Shown: in pieces, positions 41,681-51,163 of the stretch | Layout of the letters: the number at the start of each line of letters is the position of its first letter | How positions within the stretch are numbered: position 1 is the first letter of the stretch | Origin: an uncultured Candidatus Rokubacteria bacterium | GTDB lineage: Bacteria > Methylomirabilota > Methylomirabilia > Rokubacteriales > CSP1-6 | Assembly: GCA_963758635.1 (NCBI GenBank) | Contig: CAVWWD010000006.1 | Span: 32,001 to 96,000 of the forward strand | DNA: 64,000 bases | Direction of reading: 5' to 3' | Program-made: the position numbers and the translations under genes | Notes under the pieces: generated by a model | Database searches by the model: none | Seen by the model: the letters and a program-made list of their open reading frames with translations, nothing else | Told to the model about the DNA's origin: nothing

Positions 41681-43322
41681 TCAGGAGGATCGGGCGCGGC
41701 CCGCGCGGTAGCGGCGGATCAGGGCGTTGGTCGAGCTGTCGTGGCCCAGGCGATCGGCGGCGCCGGCCTCGAGCTCGCCGGCGATGCGGCCGGCGAGCGC
41801 CTTGCCCAGCTCGACGCCCCACTGGTCGAAGGAGTTGATGCTCCAGAGCGCGCCCTGGACGAACACGCTGTGCTCGTAGAGGGCCACGAGCGCGCCGAGG
41901 GCCGCCGGCGTCAGGCGGTCGAGCAGGATCGTGTTCGACGGCCGGTTGCCCGGGAACACGCGGTGCGGGACCAGCCGCGCCGGCGTGCCCTCGGCCTCGA
42001 CCTCCTCGCGCGTCTTGCCGAAGGCGAGCGCCTCGGCCTGGGCGAACACGTTGGCCATCAGGAGGTCGTGGTGACGGCCGAGCGGGTTCAGGCTCCGGGC
42101 GAAGCCGATGAAGTCGCACGGGACGAGCCGCGTGCCCTGGTGGATGAGCTGGTAGAACGAGTGCTGGCCGTTGGTGCCGGGCTCGCCCCAGTAGATGGCG
42201 CCGGTGTCGTGGTCGACGGGCGCCCCGTCGACGGTCACGCGCTTGCCGTTGGACTCCATCGTGAGCTGCTGGAGGTACGCGGGGAAGCGCTTGAGGTACT
42301 GGTCGTACGGCAGCACCGCCACCGTCTCCGCCCCGAAGAAGTCCGTGTACCAGAGGGCGAGGAGCCCCATGATCACGGGCAGGTTCCGGTCGAACGGCGC
42401 GGCGCGGAAGTGCTCGTCCATCGCGCGGAAGCCCGCGAGCATGTCGCGGAACGCGTCGGGCCCGACGGCGATCATCGTCGACAGGCCGATCGCCGAGTCC
42501 ATGGAATAGCGGCCGCCCACCCAGTCCCAGAACCCGAACATGTTCGCGGGATCGATCCCGAACTTCGTCACCTCGCCGGCGTTGGTGGACACGGCCACGA
42601 AGTGCCGGGCCGTGGCCCGCGGGTCGCCGAGCGCGGCGAGGCACCAGTCGCGCGCGCTCTGCGCGTTGGTCATGGTCTCGATCGTGGTGAACGTCTTCGA
42701 GGCCACGATGAACAGCGTCTCGGCGGGATCGAGGTCGCGCACGGCCTCGGCGAGGTCGGTGGCGTCCACGTTCGAGACGAACCGGAAGGTCATGCTCCGC
42801 TCGCTGTGATGACGGAGCGCCTCGTAGGCCATGACCGGGCCCAGGTCGGATCCGCCGATCCCGATGTTGACGACGTTCCGGATCCGCCGCCCCGTGTGCC
42901 CCGTCCACGCGCCGCTGCGCACGCGGGCGGAGAAGTCCGCCATCCGGTCGAGGACCTCGTGGACGTCCGGCACGACGTCGCGCCCGTCCACCACGATGGA
43001 CTCGCCGCGCGGGGCGCGGAGCGCCACGTGGAGCACGGCGCGGTCCTCGGTGACGTTGATGCGGTCGCCGCGGAACATGGCGTCGATCCGCGCGCGGAGC
43101 CCCACCGCCTCGGCGAGGGCGCGCAGGAGGCGCAGGGTCTCGTCGGTGACGCGGTTCTTCGAGTAGTCCAGGTAGACGCCGGCCGGCCTCGGCGACGAGC
43201 CGCTCGCCGCGCGTGCCGTCCTGGGCGAAGAGCTCGCGGAGGTGGACGTGGCGGAGCTTCTCGTGGTGCGCGCGGAGCGCGCTCCACTCCGGCCGCGCGG
43301 TGAGCCCGGTGGCGCCCGACAC
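41681..43322 (-). CDS. pgi: Glucose-6-phosphate isomerase (frameshift near 43185)
   Basis: [38 protein letters not shown]. Confidence 0.95.
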
Positions 43323-43324
43323 GG

Positions 43325-45394
43325 TCAGCGCCCCGTGGCGGCCCGGGCCACCTGCGCCCGCGCCGCGGCGGCGACGGCCTCCGGCGTGAAGCCGAACTTC
43401 TTCTGGAGCTCCTTGAGGGGCGCCGAGGCCCCGAACGTCTCGATGCCGATCCGCGTCCCGTCGCGGCCGGTGTAGCGCTCCCAGCCGAAGGTGGACGCCT
43501 GCTCCACCGACACGCGCGCGGCGACCGCGGGGGGCAGCACCTCGTCGCGGTAGGCCGGGCTCTGCCGCTCGAACAGCTCCCACGAGGGCATGCTCACCAC
43601 GCGCGCGCGCACGCCCTCCGCGGCCAGCCGCTCGAACGCGGCGAGGCAGAGCGCCACCTCGCTGCCCGTGCCGAGCAGCAGCACCTGGGGCGCGCCTCCC
43701 GGCGCGTCGGCGACGACATACGCGCCGCGGCTGACGCCCGCGGCGCTGCCGTACTTCGCGCGGTCGATGGTGGGCAGCGCCTGGCGGCTCAGGACCAGCG
43801 CCACCGGCTCGTGCTGGAGCGGCATGATGACGCGCCAGGCCTCCGCGACCTCGGACGCGTCGGCGGGACGGATCACGATCAGGTGCGGCATCGCGCGCAG
43901 CGAGGCGAGCTGCTCGACGGGCTGGTGGGTGGGCCCGTCCTCGCCGAGGCCGATGGAGTCGTGGGTGAACACGTGGATCACCGGCAGCTCCATCAGGGCG
44001 CCGAGCCGGATGGCGCCGCGCGCGTAGTCGCTGAAGATCAGGAACCCGGCGCCGTACGGCCGCACCTTCGAGACCGACATGCCGTTGAGCACGGCGGCCA
44101 TGGCGTGCTCGCGGACGCCGAAGTGCACGTTGCGCCCGCCGGGAGCGCCGGCCTCGAGGTCGCCCGCGCCGGCGAAGGTGAGCCGCGTCTTGGTGGACGG
44201 CGTCAGGTCGGCCGCGCCGCCGACGAGCCAGGGCACGCGCGGGGCGATGGCGTTCAGCACGCGCCCCGAGGAGTCGCGCGTGGCCAGCCCCTTCGCGTCG
44301 GCGGGGAAGACCGGCACGTCCGTGTCCCAGTCCGGCGGCAGCTCGCGATGCTGCATCATCAGCAGGTGCTCGGCCGCCTCCGGATGCTTTCGCCGGTAGT
44401 CCTCGTAGAGGCGCATCCACGCCGCGCGGGCCTCGCCGCCGCGACGCCCCACCCCGGCCTGGAAGTGCTCGCGCACGCCGTCGGGCACGAGGAACTTCGC
44501 GTCCTCGGGCCAGCCGTAGTTCTTCTTGGTGAGGCGGATCTCCTCCTCGCCGAGCGGCTCGCCGTGGGCCGCCGACGTGTCCTGCTTGCGCGGCGCCCCG
44601 TAGGCGATGTGGCTGTCCACGATGACGAGGGTCGGCCGGTCATCTGTCGCCTTGAAGGTGCGGAAGGCCCGGTCGAGCATCTCCAGGTCGTTGGCGTCGC
44701 CCACGCGGGTCACGTTCCAGCCGTGGCCGATGAAGCGGGTGGCGACGTCGTCGCTGAACGCGAGCGCGGTGTTGCCCTCGATCGTGATGCGGTTGTTGTC
44801 GTAGATCCAGCACAGGTTGGCGAGCCCCAGGTGCCCGGCGAGCGACGCCGCCTCGCTGGTGACGCCTTCCATGAGGCAGCCGTCGCCGGCGAGCGCGTAC
44901 ACGTCGTAGTCGAACATCGGGAAGTCCGGGCGGTTGAAGTGCTCGGCCAGCCAGCGGCCGGCGATGGCCATGCCCACGCTGGTGGCCGTGCCCTGGCCGA
45001 GCGGTCCCGTGGTGGTCTCCACGCCGGAGGTCCAGCGGTACTCGGGGTGCCCGGGGCACTTGGAATCGAGCTGGCGGAACCGCTTGATGTCGTCGAGCGT
45101 CACCGACAGCTCGCCGAGCCGCTCGTACTGCGGGTTCACGGCGCGGACGCCGGCCAGGTGGAGCATCGAGTAGAGGAGCATCGAGGCGTGGCCCGCGGAG
45201 AGCACGAAGCGGTCCCGATTCGGCCAGATGGGATCGGCGGGATCGAAGCGGAGCCACCGTTGCCACAGGCAGTAGGCCACGGGGGCCATGGCCATCGGCG
45301 TCCCGGGATGGCCCGAGTCCGCCTGCTGGACCGCGTCCATCGACAGGGTCCGGATCGTGTTGATGCCGAGCTGGTCGAGCCGCGCGTCCGTCAT
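43325..45394 (-). CDS. tkt: Transketolase
   Basis: SGHPG, RDRFVLSAGH, GDGCLMEG, FGVREH, GEDGPTHQ. Confidence 0.96.
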   Translation of the reverse strand: MTDARLDQLGINTIRTLSMDAVQQADSGHPGTPMAMAPVAYCLWQRWLRFDPADPIWPNRDRFVLSAGHASMLLYSMLHLAGVRAVNPQYERLGELSVTLDDIKRFRQLDSKCPGHPEYRWTSGVETTTGPLGQGTATSVGMAIAGRWLAEHFNRPDFPMFDYDVYALAGDGCLMEGVTSEAASLAGHLGLANLCWIYDNNRITIEGNTALAFSDDVATRFIGHGWNVTRVGDANDLEMLDRAFRTFKATDDRPTLVIVDSHIAYGAPRKQDTSAAHGEPLGEEEIRLTKKNYGWPEDAKFLVPDGVREHFQAGVGRRGGEARAAWMRLYEDYRRKHPEAAEHLLMMQHRELPPDWDTDVPVFPADAKGLATRDSSGRVLNAIAPRVPWLVGGAADLTPSTKTRLTFAGAGDLEAGAPGGRNVHFGVREHAMAAVLNGMSVSKVRPYGAGFLIFSDYARGAIRLGALMELPVIHVFTHDSIGLGEDGPTHQPVEQLASLRAMPHLIVIRPADASEVAEAWRVIMPLQHEPVALVLSRQALPTIDRAKYGSAAGVSRGAYVVADAPGGAPQVLLLGTGSEVALCLAAFERLAAEGVRARVVSMPSWELFERQSPAYRDEVLPPAVAARVSVEQASTFGWERYTGRDGTRIGIETFGASAPLKELQKKFGFTPEAVAAAARAQVARAATGR

Positions 45395-45557
45395 CGCATG
45401 TCCTCCCTGAGAGACCGCTGCGCCGTCGCGCGCCGAGCCGGCCACCGCGTCACGGCCCCGGCGGGAAGTGTCCCACAAACCTCCACGCGACCGCCGAAGC
45501 CGTGCGTCGGCCGCCGAGCGCTGCCGATCTATCCGGATGCATGTGGGAGCGATTACC

Positions 45558-45573
45558 TAGGACCAAGGTCTCA
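45558..45573. promoter_or_regulatory. Candidate response-regulator box TAGGACCAAGGTCTCA
   Basis: Imperfect palindrome that recurs at 46606, 52811, 57339, 57897 and 57913. Confidence 0.55.
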
Positions 45574-45677
45574 TAGGCTCGCGCTTTCCCAGGCGGTCAT
45601 CATGATGCCGGCCGGCGACACCCAGATCACGAGGCGGGGCTCGCTCCAGGCGGCGGGCCGGCCCGACCGGAGCGGAC

Positions 45678-46322
45678 ATGCGCGGTGACGAGGTCGTGTA
45701 CATCGTGGACGACGACGAGCGGGTCCGCCGCTCGCTCGCGCGCGTTGTGGACGCCGCCGGCATGAACGCCGAGACCTTCGATTCCGCGCAGTCCTTCCTC
45801 GACCACCGGAGCCCCCGCGCTCCCTCGTGCCTCGTCCTCGACGTGCGGCTCCCCGGACTGAGCGGGCTCGATCTCCAGGTGAAGCTCGGCGAGCGGCAGG
45901 AGACGGTGCCGATCGTCTTCATCACCGGCCGCGGCGACATCCCCACGAGCGTGCAGGCGATGAAGCAGGGTGCGGTGGACTTCCTGCCGAAGCCCGTGGA
46001 GGCCGATGCCCTGCTGAGCTCGATCGAGCGCGCCCTCGCCCGGAGCCGCGAGGGGCTCGCGCGACAGGCGGAGCACTCGGAGGTGGCGCGCCGGCTCGCG
46101 CGGCTCACGCCCCGGGAGCGCGAGGTGCTCACGCTGGTGCTGACGGGCTTGCTGAACAAGCAGATCGCCGCCGAGCTGGGCGCGGCCGAGAAGACCGTGA
46201 AGGTCCACCGCGGCCGCGTGATGCGGAAGATGCAGGCCGAGTCGGTGGCGCAGCTCGTGCGGATGATGCAGCGCGTGGGCGCCGATCCGGGGGCGCGATC
46301 CCCCAGCATCCCCGTCGCCTAG
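45678..46322 (+). CDS. FixJ/TodT-like response regulator
   Basis: YIVDDD, LDVRLP, GAVDFLPKP, LTPREREV, TVKVHR. Confidence 0.93.
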   Translation: MRGDEVVYIVDDDERVRRSLARVVDAAGMNAETFDSAQSFLDHRSPRAPSCLVLDVRLPGLSGLDLQVKLGERQETVPIVFITGRGDIPTSVQAMKQGAVDFLPKPVEADALLSSIERALARSREGLARQAEHSEVARRLARLTPREREVLTLVLTGLLNKQIAAELGAAEKTVKVHRGRVMRKMQAESVAQLVRMMQRVGADPGARSPSIPVA

Positions 46323-46369
46323 CGCCGCGGCTCCCTCCCCGCGCCCCTGCTCTCGCGGCTCGCCCTCGC

Positions 46370-46530
46370 GCGTGGGCGGGGCGGCGGGGAGGGACCTGGG
46401 ATCGTGGGACCACGCCGCACGCGTCCGCTGCCCCGCTGGGACTGGGCTCCATCCGGGCGCGCGGGGTCCGTTGACCGATGGAGGGGAAGGGCCCCACGAC
46501 CCCAGGTCCCTCCCCACCGCCCCCCTACGC
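46370..46530. repeat. About 41-bp imperfect inverted repeat
   Basis: 46370-46411 matches the reverse complement of 46490-46530 (core GGGGAGGGACCTGGG.TCGTGGG). Confidence 0.75.
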
Positions 46531-46752
46531 TCCGCTGTTGACTGCCGGGCTGACTGCTCGGCACGACCGCTCGCACTGACTGCGGTCTGACCGATTCCTG
46601 GGGGCTAGGCTGAAGGACCTATTGCGTTACGTCGCGGGTCTGCTCGAAAATCGCGTGGTCATGGTGGAACGGGGAGCCACACGAGCCAGAGCAAGCGACC
46701 ACCAGCGCGTCGAGAACGAGACCACACGCCGGCAGGGAGGATACGACCCCTC

Positions 46753-47343
46753 ATGCACACGACGATTCGAGCGACGGCACATGTCATGTGCCTCCTCGCC
46801 CTCACGCTCATGATCACGGGCTGTCCGAAGCGCCCGCTCGTTCCGACGGCCGCCGCTCCGGCGCCCGCGGCGCCCGCTCCCACGCCGGCGCCACCGCCCA
46901 CGGCCGCCGCCCCGCCGGCGCCGGCGCCCGCTCCGGCTCCGACGCCCGCCGCGCCCCCCGCGGCGCCGGCCGCCACGCCGCCGCCACCCGCCGAGTTCGC
47001 GGCCAGCGACAACCTCAGGGACGTGTTCTACGCGTTCGACAAGGCCGAGATCCGGCCGGGCGACGCGAAGACGCTGGACGCCGGCGCCGCGTACCTCAAG
47101 ACCAACCCCCGGTTGCTGGTGCTGGTCGAAGGACACTGCGACGAGCGCGGGACCGAGGAGTACAACATCGCGCTCGGGGAACGGCGCGCCGCCTCCGCCC
47201 TCAACTACCTGGTGGCCCAGGGGATCGAGGCGGGTCGGTTCACCCGCATCTCCTACGGGGAGTCTCGTCCGTCGTGCGCCGAGCACAGGGAATCGTGCTG
47301 GGTGAAGAACCGGCGCGCCCGGTTCATGGTGAAGCCGCAATGA
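46753..47343 (+). CDS. pal: Peptidoglycan-associated lipoprotein (OmpA family) with Pro/Ala linker
   Basis: Lipobox ITGC; FAFDKAEI-like, EGHCDERGTEEYNIALGERRA, NRR. Confidence 0.88.
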   Translation: MHTTIRATAHVMCLLALTLMITGCPKRPLVPTAAAPAPAAPAPTPAPPPTAAAPPAPAPAPAPTPAAPPAAPAATPPPPAEFAASDNLRDVFYAFDKAEIRPGDAKTLDAGAAYLKTNPRLLVLVEGHCDERGTEEYNIALGERRAASALNYLVAQGIEAGRFTRISYGESRPSCAEHRESCWVKNRRARFMVKPQ

Positions 47344-47384
47344 CGCCGGCCCGGGAACGCGCGCGTTTCCTGGACCCGGTCGCC

Positions 47385-47813
47385 ATGCGCGTCGCCGCCC
47401 TCCTCGTGGCCGTGGCCACCCTGGCCGCGTGCGCGTCGTCCTCAACGTCCACGTCCACGTCGTCGGCCCCGGCGACGGCCGTCCCCATCACCGAGATCAA
47501 GATGGTGGCGGGCAAGTGGGCGGGCAACGTGAGAGGCCTCGCCGGACCGCGCGACGACGCCGGCGATTGGGTCCAGATGACCATCGCCGAGAGCGGCGCC
47601 TACGAGTTCTCCATCGCCCGCACGATCGGCGTGTTCAGCGGCAAGGGCATGTTCAGCGTCAAGGACGGCAAGCTCGCGATGGAGGGGGAGCGTGGCAGCG
47701 GCACCTTCACGCTCTTCGAGCGAGACGGCCGGCGGTTCCTCCGCGGCGGCGGGACGATCGGATCGGGCTCGGGCACGCCGCTGTCCGGGGAACTCAGACC
47801 GGCCACGCGCTAG
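47385..47813 (+). CDS. Hypothetical lipoprotein
   Basis: Lipobox LAAC, Ser/Thr linker, AGKWAG beta domain; alternative start at 47340. Confidence 0.7.
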   Translation: MRVAALLVAVATLAACASSSTSTSTSSAPATAVPITEIKMVAGKWAGNVRGLAGPRDDAGDWVQMTIAESGAYEFSIARTIGVFSGKGMFSVKDGKLAMEGERGSGTFTLFERDGRRFLRGGGTIGSGSGTPLSGELRPATR

Positions 47814-47832
47814 CCTCCCGCGACGGCGCGGC

Positions 47833-48003
47833 GTGACGCGCGAAGGGCGTCGATGGATCCCCCTCGCCGCCGCCTCCGTCCTGCTGCTGGCCGCGGGCGG
47901 CTGCACGCCGTTCGTCGGCGTCGCCACCGTCTCCCCGCAGGGTTACGCGCGCGAGGCGAACGCGCTCAACGGGGACCGCCTCAGCACGGCGTCCCGCAAC
48001 AAC
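47833..48003 (+). pseudogene. Possible N-terminal remnant of a lipoprotein alpha/beta hydrolase
   Basis: LLLAAGGCTPFVGVATVSPQ...ANALNGDRLSTASRN parallels the N-terminus of the gene at 62841. Confidence 0.4.
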
Positions 48004-48074
48004 CGCGGAGGCCCGTGGCGGGCCGCTCTGCCCCCAACGGCCTGTGCTACCGTTCTCCCCGGGGCGATCGGTTG

Positions 48075-50654
48075 ATGCGTCAGGACGAAGGACACGTGCC
48101 CTCGGCCCGGGCAGTAGCGTGCGCGGCGCTCGCCGTCTGCGTCGGCTACTTCATCGGCGCGAACATCGGATTCATCCTCCGCCTGCCGCCCGCGACCCCG
48201 TCGGTGCTGTGGCCGCCCAACTCGATCCTCACCGCCACGCTCCTGCTGGCGCCGCCGCGCCGGTGGTGGATCTACCTCGCCGCCGCGCTCCCCGCGCACC
48301 TGGTCGCCGAGCTGCCGGTGATCTCGCCGGCGTCGCTCGTGCTCACCCTCTACGCCACCAACTGCCTGGAGGCCGTGGTCGGGGCGGCGGCCGTGCGCAT
48401 CCTGAGCGACGCTCCGGCCCGTTTCGACACCCTGCCCCGCGTGTCCGCCTTCGTGCTGGGCGCCGGCATCCTGGGACCGTTCGTGTCCTCGTTCGTGGAC
48501 GCCGCCGCGGTGACGACGCTCCGCCAGGAGCCGTACTGGCTCGTGCTCCAGACGCGGCTCTTCTCGAACGTCCTCACCGAGCTCGTGCTCGTGCCCGCCA
48601 TCGTGTTCGTGGCCCGGGACGGGTGGACGCGGGTGGCGCGGGCGCGCCCGGTCCGACGCTTCGAGGCGCTCCTCCTCGCCGCCGCGCTGGGGGGCGTGGC
48701 CCTGTTCTTCGCCGTCGGCCCGCACCCCGGGGCGGGCCCCGCGATGGGCTCGCTCGAGACGCCGGTGGCGTTCTTCATCCCGTTCATCCTGTGGGGGACG
48801 GTGAGCTTCGGTCCCGCGGGCGCGTCGCTGGTCATGGTCGTGTCGTCGCTCATGATCATCTGGGGCGCGACCCACGGCCAGGCGGGATTCGCCTCGCCGC
48901 CCACGCGCGAGAGCATCCTCGTGCTGCAGATCTCCCTCGCCGTGAGCACGATCCCGATCCTCGCCCTCGCCGGCCTCCTCCAGGAGCGGTGGCGCGACCG
49001 CCAGGCCCTCGCCGAGCGCCTGCGGTTCGAGGAGATGCTCGCGCGGCTCTCCGGCGCCTTCGTCCACCTGCCGTCGAACCGCATGGACGAGGCCTTCCAC
49101 ACGTGGCTCGAGCGTCTGGGCCGCTTCCTGGAAGTGGACCGGGTGATGCTCCTGCATCGCGCCGACGAGGCGCCGCGCCTGGCGATCAGCCACGGGTGGG
49201 CCGCGCCCGGCCTGCCCGACATGCCCACGCCCGAGGTGGGCGCGCTCTTGCCGTGGTCGGTCGGACAGCTCGTCCAGGAGCGGGCCGTCACCTTCCGCGA
49301 CCCCGGCCAGCTCCCCGAGGAGGCGGCACGCGATCGCATCTTCCTGGGCGTGCTCGGCATCGCCTCCGCGCTCGCCCTGCCCCTCGTGGCGGGAGGCCGG
49401 GTCATCGGCGGCCTCGTGCTCGCCACCGTCGGACGCGAGCAGGGCTGGTCCGAGGAGGCCGCCGCGCGCGTGAAGCTCGTGGCCGAGGTCCTGGCCAGCG
49501 CGCTCGCGCGCAAGGAGAACGAGGACGCGCTCCGCGCGAGCGAGCTGATGAAGTCGGCCATCCTGGCCTCGCTGAACTCCAGCGTGGCCGTGCTCGACGG
49601 CCGCGGTCAGGTCATCGAGATCAACCGCGTGTGGGAGCGGTTCACGCCCGACTTCAGCCAGGGCGCGCACCGGGAGATCGGCATCGGCCAGAACTACCTC
49701 GAGGTCTGCCGTGACGCGGCGGGGCGGGGCGAGCCGCACGCCGCCGACGCCGTGGCGGGGATCGAGTCCGTCCTCACCGGGGCGCAGGCCTGGTTCTCGC
49801 TGGAGTACGCGAGCGCCGACGAGCGCTGGTACGCGATGTCCGTGGTTCCCCTGCACCGACCCGAGGGCGGCGCGGTGGTGTCGAACACCGACGTGACCGA
49901 GCGCAAGCGCGCCGAGCTGGAGGCGCAGCGGAGCCGGCAGGAGCTCGCCCACGTGACCCGCGTGACGACCATGGGCGAGCTGACCGCGTCCCTCGCCCAC
50001 GAGCTCAACCAGCCGCTGACCGGCATCCTCAGCAACGCCCAGGCCGCGCAGCGCATCGTGGACGGGAACCCGCCCGACCTCGCGGCCGTGCGCGCCATCC
50101 TGCGCGACATCGTCGAGGACGACCGCCGCGCCGCCGACGTGATCGAGCGGCTGCGCGGCCTCCTTCGCAAGGGCGAGTCCGAGATGTATCACCTGGACCT
50201 GAACGCGATCGTGCGCGCGGTGGTGAAGCTCCTCGCCAGCGACACCGTCATCCGCAACGTCACCGTGGTCATGGACCTCGACGCCGCCGCCCGGCCCGTG
50301 AACGCCGACCGCGTGCAGCTCGAGCAGGTGCTCCTGAACCTCCTCCTGAACGCCATGGAGGCGATCGCCGAGCAGGTGGGCGGTGACCGGACGGTCATCG
50401 TGCGGACGCGCGCGGAGAGCGACGCGGCGGTGGTGACATCCGTGGAGGACTGCGGCCCCGGCCTCCGGCGGGGCACCCAGCAGATGGTGTTCGAGCCCTT
50501 CTACACCACGAAGAAGACGGGCATGGGCATGGGCCTCGCCATCGCGCGGACGATCATCGAGGCGCACCGGGGCAAGATCTGGGCGGAGGCGAACAGCCGC
50601 GGCGGGGCGACCTTCCACTTCCGGCTCCCCGCGGCCGCGGCGCACCTGCGATGA
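48075..50654 (+). CDS. MASE1-GAF-PAS histidine kinase (FixL-like)
   Basis: SVLWPPN membrane region; GELTASLAHELNQPL, QVLLNLLLNA, GMGMGLAI. Confidence 0.92.
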   Translation: MRQDEGHVPSARAVACAALAVCVGYFIGANIGFILRLPPATPSVLWPPNSILTATLLLAPPRRWWIYLAAALPAHLVAELPVISPASLVLTLYATNCLEAVVGAAAVRILSDAPARFDTLPRVSAFVLGAGILGPFVSSFVDAAAVTTLRQEPYWLVLQTRLFSNVLTELVLVPAIVFVARDGWTRVARARPVRRFEALLLAAALGGVALFFAVGPHPGAGPAMGSLETPVAFFIPFILWGTVSFGPAGASLVMVVSSLMIIWGATHGQAGFASPPTRESILVLQISLAVSTIPILALAGLLQERWRDRQALAERLRFEEMLARLSGAFVHLPSNRMDEAFHTWLERLGRFLEVDRVMLLHRADEAPRLAISHGWAAPGLPDMPTPEVGALLPWSVGQLVQERAVTFRDPGQLPEEAARDRIFLGVLGIASALALPLVAGGRVIGGLVLATVGREQGWSEEAAARVKLVAEVLASALARKENEDALRASELMKSAILASLNSSVAVLDGRGQVIEINRVWERFTPDFSQGAHREIGIGQNYLEVCRDAAGRGEPHAADAVAGIESVLTGAQAWFSLEYASADERWYAMSVVPLHRPEGGAVVSNTDVTERKRAELEAQRSRQELAHVTRVTTMGELTASLAHELNQPLTGILSNAQAAQRIVDGNPPDLAAVRAILRDIVEDDRRAADVIERLRGLLRKGESEMYHLDLNAIVRAVVKLLASDTVIRNVTVVMDLDAAARPVNADRVQLEQVLLNLLLNAMEAIAEQVGGDRTVIVRTRAESDAAVVTSVEDCGPGLRRGTQQMVFEPFYTTKKTGMGMGLAIARTIIEAHRGKIWAEANSRGGATFHFRLPAAAAHLR

Positions 50655-51070
50655 CGGCCGTCGAGCCCATCGTGTTCCTGGTGGACGACGATCCGTCCGT
50701 GCGCCGCGGGCTCGACCGCCTGCTGCGCGCGGCCGGCCACCGCGTGGAGACGTTCACCTCGGCGAAGGAGTTCCTCGAGCGGTCCGAGCACGACGGGCCC
50801 CAGTGCGTCGTCCTCGACGTGCGCATGCTCGGGCAAGGCGGCATCGAGCTCCACGAGCACCTCGTGGCATCGGGCCGGGACATCCCGGTCATCTTCATCA
50901 CCGGGCACGCCAACGTCCCCACTGCCGTCCGCGCGATGAAGGCCGGGGCCGTGGACTTCCTCTCCAAGCCTGTCGACGACGTCGAGCTGCTCGGGGCCAC
51001 CGGCCTCGCTCTCGAGCGCGACCGCCGCCGCTGGGAGGCCGAGCGCTCCCTGCGCGACGGCGGCGCCTGA
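50651..51070 (+). CDS. FixJ-like receiver protein lacking the HTH domain
   Basis: LVDDD, LDVRM, AMKAGAVDFLSKP; stops before the LuxR HTH. Confidence 0.85.
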   Translation: MTAVEPIVFLVDDDPSVRRGLDRLLRAAGHRVETFTSAKEFLERSEHDGPQCVVLDVRMLGQGGIELHEHLVASGRDIPVIFITGHANVPTAVRAMKAGAVDFLSKPVDDVELLGATGLALERDRRRWEAERSLRDGGA

Positions 51071-51163
51071 CGGGGTCAAGCACGTGCGCAACGCGCCACC
51101 GGCCCGCGCGCTGTCCGCTACGCCGGACGCGGGCTCCCGCGCCTCACGATTGCGGGCCGGCCG

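Noticed and set aside
46850..46992. GCC/CCG-rich tandem-like repeats
   Set aside because: They encode the Pro/Ala linker of Pal
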